Shown: piece after piece, positions 39,546-50,719 of the stretch
How positions within the stretch are numbered: position 1 is the stretch's first letter
How the letters are laid out: each line of letters opens with the position of its first letter
Source of the DNA: the human T2T-CHM13v2.0 reference genome, Homo sapiens
DNA length: 64,000 nucleotides
NCBI RefSeq assembly: GCF_009914755.1
Contig: NC_060942.1
Reading direction: 5' to 3' (one strand)
The notes under the pieces: generated by a model
The model's database searches: none
Told to the model about the DNA's origin: nothing
What the model saw: only the letters and a program-made list of their open reading frames with translations
Made by a program: the position numbers and the translations under genes

Positions 39546-41179
39546 AAAAGGAAAAGAATATAGAATCGCCAAAATTATTTTGAAAAGCAAGACAAAATTG
39601 GAGGCAAACTACCTGACTTCAAGACTTACTATGAAGCTACAATAATCCAGACATTTTGATTTAAGAAAAGAGTAAACACACAGATCAATGAAACAGAATA
39701 GAGAGCCCAGAGTTAGACACATACATTATGTCAATTATGGGTCTTCATACAGAAGTGCCATGGTAATTCGATACATGAAGATAGCCATTATTAACAAGCA
39801 GTGCTAGAACAATTGGTTACTGTATGGAAAAAAAAATGATCCCCAGCACTTACATTACACCGTATTCAACTCAAAATTGTTTATCAAAATTCTTACACCA
39901 AAAAGCAAGTGCTAAAACTATAAAAGTTCTACAGGAAGATATGACAGAGAAATCATTCCAATATTGGGTTAAGCAAAATATGTTTTAGAATATACAAAGA
40001 ACAAACTAAAACTAAAAATATTTTTCATTTGATAGACACTGTTAGGCAATTTAGAAAATAATGAATAGACTGGGGAACATAAGAAATATTCAATAGAAGA
40101 CTCATATTCAGAATATGTAAAGAATTCTTAAAACTCAATCACAAGAAAACAATTTAAAAAAAAGTTGGCAAAAGAACTTAGCAGATACTTAATTAAAGAA
40201 AATACGGCAGTTAAATACATGAAAAGATGTTCAACTTTATTAGTCATTAGAGAATCACAATAAAAACCACAATGATATAGCACTGCATACTTATTTTAAT
40301 GACTAAAATTAAGAAAACCGACATTATTATGTGCTGGTGAGGACACAGATCAACTGGAAGCTCATAGTTTGATGTTAAGAATGCAAAATACTACGGCTAC
40401 CTTACACAACAGTTTCTAAGTGGCAGTTTCCTATAAAGAAATTGTACTCCTAGATATTTATCCAAGAATAATGAAAATATATTTTCACACAAAGAACTCC
40501 CTTCAAATGGTTACAGGAACTTTATTTATAATAGCAGAAAAGTGTGGGGCAGGGGGGAGATGTCAATCAATCAATGAATAAATAAACTAGTGTGTTCATA
40601 GAATAAAATGCTATGCAGCAATAAAAAAGGAGTAAACTCCTGCTATGTGCAACAACATGGACGGATCTCAAATACTTTATGCTTAGTGAAAAAAATCCAG
40701 TCACAAAGGCTACATACCGTATGATTTAATGAGATTCTGAAAAAGTGAAACCTATGAAGCCAGAAATCAGACGAGTGGTGGTCAGCGGCCGAAGCCCGAT
40801 GTCTGCGAGTGTGAACTGCAGAGGAGTGTGAGGATAGACTTCGGAGGGACCAGAGGCTCTAGTTTTATTTTGAATACAGTGTGGGTTTGTCAAAACACAT
40901 AGACACTTATAAAGGGCAAATTTTATTGTATACAAATTACACCGCACTAAACCCAAATAAAAAGAAACTGCAATTATTCCTCAACTCATAATAATTTTAC
41001 CTTAAATAGGATCTCAATCTGTTAATATTTTTGTTTGTTCATCACTACATTGTGATCTTGTTTGCCTTGACTTTCACCCCAGACTATTTTGGTGACTTTC
41101 CACATTCATAACATCATCCGGTATACTTTTCGGTACACTGCCAGGATCTGTTCCAGACCCTTGGAATTAAAACACTCTT

Positions 41180-41415
41180 GAGAGGCCATATAGTATAGCA
41201 TTTGAACATGCAGACTCTGGGACAGAATATTCCTGTTTGAATCCTGACTCCACCACCTACTAGTTGTTTCTGTGTAACTTGGAAATGTTACTTAAGGTCA
41301 TAGCTCAGTCTACTAACTTATAAAATGGGGATAATAACAATACCTACCTCATAGAGTCATAATAGAGATTAAAGGATTACAAGGTATAGCACCTACTAAG
41401 AACTAAAAAGTATAA
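41180..41415 (+). mobile_element. MIR
   Basis: tttgaatcctgactccaccacctactag...taaaatggggataataacaatacctacctcatagagt. Confidence 0.85.
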
Positions 41416-41629
41416 ACTAATATCCATATTATTATTTAGACTGGTACATGGTGTCAATAATCCTTTAACTTCTTCATGTCAATAGTGTTCATCTAACATT
41501 GCAATATCCACACAGTTATCTCCCTGTATACATGGCAATACAACTTTATTCTTGAAAGCAAATTTAGCTAAACACCTTAGAATAGCTAATATACTTAGGA
41601 AGCACTCATTCCCTCAAGCTCTTTGCTAG

Positions 41630-41790
41630 ACTTTTAATATGCATTTCTCTCAACTCTCAAAATAACTCTGTCAGGCAGACATGATTAGTACGTGCTTTTT
41701 TTTATAGATTAGGAAACTGTAGGCCCACAGTGGTTAACTGCCTGGCCCAAAGCCACATAGCAAGTGACTCCAAGGTCTGAGCTTATAACC
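41630..41790 (-). mobile_element. MIR
   Basis: tttatagattaggaaactgtaggcccacagtggttaactgcctggcccaaagccacatagcaagt. Confidence 0.8.
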
Positions 41791-42318
41791 AGATCACCAG
41801 TGTCCCCAACGGGGTAGCCACAAGTAGGTGGGAGCAGCCTTTTTGTGCCATACACTGCCTATAGCTTTCTTACTGCTAATTTAAACTCCACACTACACTG
41901 AATTAGGTGTTGTTTTTTGTTTTCCAAATGAAGAAATTCTAGCTCTGATAAGTTAATCAATGACTAAACTGTGTTATAAATATAAAACTGAAACATTTTA
42001 GTTTTCCTCTTAAATCACTGTTTCCTTGCAGATGTTAATCTCCGAACTCTAAACTCAGTTGTCTCAAAGCACGTTCACAATCATCACCCCTTATATCCTG
42101 CCCTGTGGAAGTTTGCCCCTTCACTTTCCCAAATTCAGATGAAAGCCCCTCAGCCACAGGCCCTACAGACAAGAAGCTGGGAAAGCTCCCCTTCCCTTTC
42201 CTCTCCCTCTTTATCCTGCCTCAACCCTGACAGCCTGATTTAGCCAGGCAGCTGGGTCATACTCAATAAAAAGGGTCCAACCCTATGGTTTCTGCCTCAG
42301 AAACTATTCCTTTGAAGG

Positions 42319-42805
42319 TGTTGCCTGAGGGCTCAGGAGGATCTCCAGATGCCAGTGAGACCCCTGCCCCATTTGCCAAGTTCTTGACACACTCCAGAGA
42401 AAGAATTCCAAGTTCTTGACACTTTCCAGAGAATGAAGAGTGAGAATGAAGGGGAAAGCTTTTATTGCAAAGCTGAAGTACCCACTTAAGAGAGAAGTGC
42501 AATGTGCTTGTGAGAAGGAGTCCCACACTATGAAGTTTGGGTTTCCAATTGTATCAGTGTTTCTTTAATTAGGGGATAGAAAAGGAGGAGATTTCAGGGA
42601 CACCCCCCAGTCACCATCCCCTTTTTCCTTTATTTGAGTTTGCCAGGAAGAGTCATGGACATGTCACCCTGACCCGGGTTTTGGCCGTTTTCTCTCCCTG
42701 TTTGGGGTTTTCTGTTATGCTGTGGTTTCCTTGCCTAGTTCTTGTTTTAACTGTTGTTTGGGTTTTTGTATCCTCCTGTGACCATCCAGTACTATTCCTA
42801 TCTCA
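42319..42805 (-). mobile_element. ERV1-class solo LTR (family not assigned)
   Basis: Minus strand TGAGATAGGAATAGTACTGG...CAGGCAACA, with AATAAA on minus (tttatt ~42460). 4-bp TSD AAGG at 42315-42318 and 42806-42809. Confidence 0.85.
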
Positions 42806-43092
42806 AAGGTACTTGAATTCTCTATTCGAAATAGGAATATCTGATAAGCAGTGTATTTGAACCGTACCATGGAAAACACTGTATTGATTCTAAGACATGA
42901 GAGAAATTTAAGGTAACAAACAATGACAAAAATTTACTTGACATTTAAATTAATATGAACTTAATACTGGAATCTTTCTTACCTGATGAGGCAGTGGAAA
43001 CTCTGCTCAAGGGTAAAACACAAATTTTATCATGTATCTATAAATTTCTTCCTCTACCAGAATTCTACTCAAGAATATAACACTTGAAATCA

Positions 43093-43638
<546 letters not shown>

Positions 43639-46459
43639 TTATATTACAGAACCTTAAGAACATCAAGCAAGCTATTGGAGTTAGGTGCCACATGCTTAGC
43701 AAAGTGTCATGGATACTTTTAAAAAAATTCTATCTATAAAATGGTAATCTACACAACACCAGCCTCTTACATCTGTTCTTTGCTAAGCTTATGATTTGCA
43801 ACAAAACACTTGGAATTCACTTTGAGATCTTTAATCAACTGCATAGACGTATGTTTCCATTCCATTCAATGGTGGTCGCTTTGCATCATTCACAGTACAA
43901 GTAATTTGGTATCTCCTTTTAGTCATGTGTACAAAAATAATAACAAATATTGGTTACCTTGGTGTTTGGAAGGCTGAAGGGATTATCAGAAAATAATTGA
44001 TCACTTACCTAATCAAGAATTAATGTGATCCTTGTGTGGAATTGTTACGCTTGGGAAGACAAGGGTTTTAGCTCTATAAAGCAATGATTTTTTTTATTGT
44101 TAAAGCTACTTAAGAATCTATATTTGTTTACAAATCTTTTTATTCTTTATTAGCATAAACCTGTTAGAGATTCCCTAGCAGATTAACAGTTCCTTCCCTC
44201 AGAATTACTCGTGAAAACAAAGTTGAAGAAGGACTAGATTCAAGATAACAAAAGAAATTTCCACAAAATAGTAAAAAATAAAATGGATGAATTCTTAACA
44301 GAATAGCAAGCATGAAGACAGTAGGAACTATTCATCTAGCCATGCTATGGGATCCAAGCTCAGAGATGACAGGATCTAGATAGGCCAGAGCAGAAAAGAA
44401 AACCCTTCAGCACGTTCTTATCCTCATCCCCAGGCACCCTCTATTCCATGCCCGTGCAATCAAATCTCAATCATGCAGACACATTACACTTTATGGATTT
44501 ATCCTGAATAAATAGGGAATGAGAGGTAAGAGATTGATGAATTTTTTTCGTAAAAAAAGCAAAGAAACTACAAAGAGAAGGTGCCTATCTTTTAGAGAAA
44601 TATGGTCAGCAAGAGACATCTCATTATATATTTTATCTCATTATATGTGAATATCTAAGACCGCTGACTCCTGCCCGTCAGTGTTTATTAGTCTACCTGC
44701 TAGCTACAAGGTCATCCTATGGGAAAGCATAGGGTCTGATAGAGTCCTAGAAATCTACACATTTTTCTACAGCAAGTATCTCCTAGTGTAAAAGGAAGGT
44801 AAGACATTATTGCTTTATTCTAATGAAAAAAAAGTTTTCACTCTGAATAGGAAATAAAGAATAAAGGTGGATAGATGATATCATAGTCAAATTCTCAAAA
44901 GGTTAAGTGAGTAACTTGGAGTGGGATTTGGTGGCATCAGCTGAAGCATGTCAGATTAAACACATGATTTTTATCTCTGCTCCCAACCTTCCTCCAATCA
45001 TTTAATATTACAGCGAAATAAAGAGAATGGGAGAAGGCACTGAAACTGAGGAGTGGTGTTGACAAAATTGTGGAAGCTAGAAATAAAATAGAAAGTAGCA
45101 GTAACTGGTGGCTAAGCTGAGAAAATTGAAAGCCAAGAACATAGAGCTGGGAGGAGTGAGGAGGGAGGGCCTGTGTGTGAAAAGGCCAAGACACATACTT
45201 ATTCTCATGACAGAACCACAACATGGTCAGAAATCTGAGGCCTCAGCTATCTCCAAAGAGCACAAATAAAATTAAAAACAAGAGGATTAGTTGAAAGTCA
45301 GCTTCAGAAGTTAGAGCCTGAGGTATCCTTCATTCCTTGGGGCAAGAGGACAACTACTTCTTCCTCTTTCCCGGGAAAAGCCTGGATGTTTACTTTCTGA
45401 AAGGTGAATCAGAAGAACTCAGGACTTGACAACGCATGACACATTGATTGTCTTACTGAAAAAGGATTAAGTAATTCTAATAGCCCCAGAATCTTCCTAT
45501 ACTTTGATCTGAGGAAACTGATATTCAGCTTATAGCACTAGTGCAGGAAATTATAGTTGGATATACCAACAGTCTAGCCAGTAAAAGTACCTAAAGTTCT
45601 TTCTGGGGATCTTTTAAAGTGGCTAAATCCTTCTTTCATCACTTATACTGATGCCAGCCACTGGGTAAGTCCCGCCCAAACACAAGAAACTTCTTATCAG
45701 CTTCAGTGCCTTACTCATAAATCTAAGTGGGCAGCCAATATTTGATGAACAGCTTTAATATAAAAGCAAATAGCTTCTCAGACACAAAACATAAACAAAA
45801 GAAATCATTAGAGACTGTATAGGGGAACAGATGAGAATATTATAAAACTATATCACATCTTCAAAAAGATAAAATAGCATATTACATCCATAAAATAAAA
45901 AGAGGTTGTTATAAATAAAAAATTATTCAGAAAACAAGAAGAAAACGCTCATAAATTAAAATTATTTTTAAAATTTAAAAAAATTGATGGAATATTTGGA
46001 ACATCAAGTTGAGAAACTATCTCAACACAATATAACTAAGAAATGGGAAATTGGATAGTACAAATAAAAAAAAAAGACTAATCTAGGAGGTATAATACCC
46101 AACTATATGAAGTTTCAGAAAGAAAAAAAAAACAAAGAAAACAAAAGAGAGGATACCTTTCAAATATAATAAAATCGTTAGAACTGAAAAATGATTTGCT
46201 AGGATAAAAGAGCCCATAGAACATCCACAAGTTAAACAAAAAGATTCAAAACAAAGCAGATTCTTATGACATTTTTGAACACTGATTATAAAAAGACAAT
46301 CCATTATTTTGAAGAAAGAAAAAATAATTTTAAAAATGGTATCAGAAATATGAATGATTTTGGACTCCTCAGCAGAACATTGGAAGGTAGAAAACAATAG
46401 AGAAATACTTTCACAATTATCAGGGAAAATTATTTCCAATCTAAAATTCAGTGCTTACC

Positions 46460-46886
46460 TGTATTGGTCAGACAGGCTAGGTTATTTTGTGGTAACAAAC
46501 ACCCCCAAAAATCTCAGATGTTAAATACATAAGTTTACTTCTCACTCATGCAAAATCTACTGCAAGCCAGCAGCTCTTCAGGGCAGCTTCCTAATGAGCA
46601 ATGAATCAGTGACTTGGGCAGAGCTATTTAATCTTGCGGCTCTACCATCTCAGTCTGTAGCCTCCAGCATAGCTGTGACAGTGGATGAAACAAAGTCAGG
46701 AGACTGTGCTGGCTCTTAAATGTTATGCGCCCAAAGTGACACATCACCTCCACTCACAGTTGATCATCCAAAACTGATAGCAAGCCTCCACCTAACTACA
46801 AGGGGGCTGGGGTTTGTAACCCTAGTGACATCTAAGGCAAAAGAAGAAAATTAAATATGGGACACCACTAGAAAGCTCTACCAGCA
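46460..46886 (-). mobile_element. Old MaLR LTR (MLT1J/L-like)
   Basis: tgtattggtcagacaggctaggttattttgtggtaacaaac...aagtgacacatcacctccactcaca...acctaactacaagggggctggg. Confidence 0.78.
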
Positions 46887-47249
46887 CACTGGCAACATTT
46901 TCAGGCCTATATGGGCACAATAAATTTATTTCTATGAGCTCTTTCTCAGGAAGCTGCTGAAAGAGTTGCTCCACCAAACTAACAGAGCTAATTAGGAAAG
47001 AGAAGTCATGGGATATAGGAAATAGAAGAGAAAGGTAAAGGGTACTTCCAGAATGATGAAAAAGTTAATGACCAGGCCAGTGATAGTAAAGCTGGGTGAG
47101 AGAACAAGTGATCCAGAATGGAGCTGGTAAGCAGGGGATATCATCGAATATGCGTACAAGAATGAAATGAAGTTGAAAACCTTCCAGTTGTAATTGTCAC
47201 TACTGAAATGGGACTCCTATTTTTATGAGATAGTCTGAGGTTGAATTAG

Positions 47250-47705
47250 TGTGGGAGGCTGAATAACCAACCCTCAAGAGATCTCCTGATCCTTGGAATC
47301 TGTGAATGTTACCTTATGTAGCAAAAGACGCTGGCAGATGGGACTAAATTCAAGATCCCGAGATGTGGAGATTATCCTGGATTATTGGGGTGAGTCCTAA
47401 ATGTAATCACAAAGGTCTTTATAAGAGGAAGGCAAGAAAGTCAAAGAAGGAGATAGGAGATGGACAACAGAAGCAAGAAGACAGAGACAAGAAATACAGG
47501 TGTTCTCCAGCAGCTGGAAAAGTCAGGGAAATGGATGGTCTCCTGGATCCTCCAGAAGGAACCAGCCCTGCAAACACCTTGACTTTAGCCCAGTTAAACT
47601 GATTTCCTAAATCTGAACTCCAGAACTGTAGGAGAATGAACCTGTACTGTCTTAAGCCACCAAATGTGTGGTAGTTGTTACAGTAGACAATAGGGAACTA
47701 AAACA
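47250..47705 (+). mobile_element. MaLR LTR, MLT1D-like
   Basis: tgtgggaggctgaataa...gagattatcctggattat...ctccagaactgtaggagaat...gggaactaaaaca. Near-TSD attag/gctag. Confidence 0.9.
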
Positions 47706-47889
47706 GCTAGTGATCAAAGGAAATAAAAGTAAGTGGATATAATTACTAAGTCCAGGAAAAACAAATGGTGATATATGAAAAGAAATGTGGTCACAGTGCA
47801 TTATAGGGAGCAAAAGAAAATATTAATATATTTATAATAAAAGTTAAATTTTATTTTAACAAAAAATTGTTATGTATATATTTTCACAG

Positions 47890-48857
47890 TGTAGGGGTGG
47901 GTTGCCCCTACACACCTGTGGGTGTTTCTCCTAAGGTGGGACGAGAGATTTGGAAAAGAAAAAGACACAGAGACAAAGTATAGAGAAAGAAATAAGGGGA
48001 GCCGGGGAACCAGCGTTCAGCATATGGAGGATCCCGCCAGCCTCTGAGTTCCCCTAGTATTTATTCATCATTTGTGGGTGTTTCTCGAAGAGGGGGATGT
48101 GTCAGGGTCACAAGACAATTGTGGGGAGAGGGTCAGCAGACAAACACGTGAACAAAGGTCTTTGCATCATAGACAAGGTAAAGGATTAAGTGCTGTGCTT
48201 TTAGATATGCATACACATAAACATCTCAATGCTTTACAAAGCAGTATTGCTGCCCGCAGGTCCCACCTCCAGCCCTAAGGCGGTTTTTCCCTATCTCAGT
48301 AGATGGAGCATACAATCGGGTTTTATACCGAGACATTCCATTGCCCAGGGACGGGCAGGAGACAGATGCCTTCCTCTTGTCTCAACTGCAAGAGGCATTC
48401 CTTCCTCTTTTACTAATCCTCCTCAGCACAGACCCTTTACGGGTGTCGGGCTGGGGGACGGTCAGGTCTTTCCCTTCCCACGAGGCCATATTTCAGACTG
48501 TCACATGGGGAGAAACCTTGGACAATACCTGGCTTTCCTAGGCAGAGGTCCCTGCGGCCTTCCGCAGTTTTTGTGTCCCTGGGTACTTGAGATTAGGGAG
48601 TGGTGATGACTCTTAATGAGCGTGCTGCCTTCAAGCATCTGTTTAACAAAGCACATCTTGCACCGCCCTTAATCCATTTAACTCTGAGTTGACACAGCAC
48701 ATGTTTCAGAGAGCATGGGGTTGGGGGTAAGGTTATAGATTAACAGAATCTCAAGGCAGAAGAATTTTTCTTAGTACATAACAAAATGGAGTCTCCTATG
48801 TCTACTTCTTTCTACACAGACACAGTAACAATCTGATCTCTCTTGCTTTTCCCCACA
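47890..48857 (-). mobile_element. HERV-K(HML-2) LTR5_Hs solo LTR, full length (968 bp)
   Basis: Minus strand TGTGGGGAAAAGCAAGAGAGATCAGATTG...GGGGCAACCCACCCCTACA, length 968. TATAAAA (48321-48327), AATAAA (48060-48065) and ATGCAAAG (48160-48167) on minus. 5-bp TSD CACAG at 47885-47889 and 48858-48862. Confidence 0.97.
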
Positions 48858-49702
48858 CACAGCATTGGGAATGGGGAAGTGTGTACATTTTTGTGTGGGG
48901 GAAAGTGTAAAAGATAAATCTTCACTTTATGTAATAGGAAATTAGTCTACATAATAGTAGACTACATAGGTGATTAAAAAAAGGTAACAGCTTTAAGTAA
49001 ATTTGTTAGAAATATGAAAGTAAGGGATTTGGATCCCAGCCAGGTATCAGACCAGCGCTGCTACTGAAAAAAAAATTTAAACTATACAAAATACAAAAAT
49101 GTCAGTTTGATGGCATCAGAATACTGCTGTGGCAGCCAAGAAGTAGAGGCCAGGCCCTAGAGAGAAGGACATTTTCTGAGCTCAGTTTACTGCCTCAGCT
49201 TTTCTGTTTGGGTTGTTTGCTAACATAAGGCAAAGCAAGAGGATAAAGAGGCCAGATTGAGCATGGCTGCTAAAATGCAGAGAAACCAGCAGAGGTCTGT
49301 GTGCAGTTTGGGGTTCCCAAGGCAAATAAGACTTGAGGGATTAAGATCCTTTGGAAAAGGGAGGCCAAGTGAGACCTACTCTTGGAGTGTGTTTTCCAGT
49401 TCAGGAATGTTCTAATTCAGCTGCTCTGGCAGGCCACTAAGAAGCCAAGCAGCATGTGTCAGAAAAGCAGCCTCGCAATCCTCAGGAGCAGCAAGTGGAT
49501 TCAAAACTCGAAAGGAGGTGGCTCTGGAAATACCACAGGGTCTCAGTTAGGAACCCTGGGGAACTACACCAGAGAAAAGCCACAGATAGATTGAGCCTTA
49601 CAATAGAGAAAACAATAAAGAAAGCAGAGTAATAATATAAGCAGTTGGTGAATTTGTGTAGGAGATAAATGGCAAGTTTTTGTACTTCTTTGTGTTTGAA
49701 AT

Positions 49703-50284
49703 TGATACAGGAGATAGAAAGAAATTATTTACGCAGATAGTGAGGGCAAAAGAATCCTTGGTGGAATGTCCCTTGTAACAAAAAGCAGCCCAAGAAATCA
49801 TTTCTTTTCTAACAAAGAGCAGCCTGAAAGATCGAGCTGCAAACATAGATAAGGAAGCTGGAAGCTTGCACAATGGAATGCCTGCAGCTGCACCGATAGG
49901 AAGGGCTGCTTGGGGCCAGGCATATCCACCATGCGGGCTCCACCTTCCCTTTTTTGTTAGGACGTGTACAGTGAGAAAGAAAGAAGCAACATGGAGGAGC
50001 CGCCTACCTGCATAACCAAAATTGGGGTGGGGGCTGCCAGAGATTTCGCACCCTATGTAGATCAGACACCGCCTCCCCACTAGCTCATCTATAAAAACCC
50101 CTGCATTTCACCATGGATCGGCAACCCATTTTTCCAGGACCCCTCTCTGTAGCAGAAAGCTATTCTCTTTCGCCTATTAAAATTCTGCCGTAAACCTCAC
50201 CCTTTGTGTGTGTCCACGTCCTTGATCTCAGTGGCCATGAGACCAAGAACCTCTGGTGTCAACCCAGACAACGAGGACGCTTCA
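49703..50284 (+). mobile_element. LTR9-family (LTR9B-like) ERV1 solo LTR
   Basis: TGATACAGGAGATAGAAAGAAATTATTT...CAGACAACGAGGACGCTTCA; ctataaaa near 50090, attaaa near 50176. 4-bp TSD AAAT at 49699-49702 and 50285-50288. Confidence 0.85.
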
Positions 50285-50305
50285 AAATTACATCACAATT
50301 TTAAA

Positions 50306-50307
<2 letters not shown>

Positions 50308-50351
<44 letters not shown>
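50308..50351. repeat. (GT)22 microsatellite
   Basis: Uninterrupted GT run. Confidence 0.98.
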
Positions 50352-50353
<2 letters not shown>

Positions 50354-50719
50354 GGAGACAGAAAGGGAAAGAATTAAAAAGCAAGAAAATTAACAAAAAT
50401 ATGGGAGGGTAAATGAAGTGAAAGTGTTCTAAGGTCATATGTTGTCTACTGTTAAAAAAAATTAACAAATCCCTTTTCCTTTCTGGAGGAGAAATTCATC
50501 TTTATTAACTTTCAGGCTCTGTGCCCCTGGAAACCAGGTGTGGCTTATTTGAGTCTCACAAATATGATTTTTAGCTGAGCCTAAAGTCCTTGCAGCTGCT
50601 CATGGAATATTTAACCTGACTTGACCTTCTGCTGCATTATAAAGAAAGGCTCAAATCATTTCAAAGCATTCAAATTATGTGTGTTTTCTGAAAGCATGAA
50701 ATTAATATCAAGGTAAGAA

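Larger units (their letters stand above)
36320..40965 (+). mobile_element. Old L1M (L1MC/ME-like) ORF2 to 3' end, interrupted by three LTRs
   Basis: ctctgatcacaaaggaattaaac; cttcactggtgaattttaccaaaca; ctgacttcaagacttactatgaagctacaataatc; tgcaacaacatggacggatctca. Confidence 0.85.
44945..49020 (+). mobile_element. HAL1-like (half-L1, ORF1-type) element interrupted by MLT1J-like, MLT1D and LTR5_Hs
   Basis: cagattaaacacatgatttttatctctgctccc 5' motif; ORF1-like ttggactcctcagcagaacattggaaggtagaaaacaatag; ctttctcaggaagctgctgaaagagttgctccacc. Confidence 0.6.

Noticed and set aside
47890-48857. SVA element or HERV-K provirus
   Set aside because: A complete LTR with the TSD directly on both sides, and no PBS/gag/env, SVA VNTR, hexamer or poly-A. 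It is a solo LTR.
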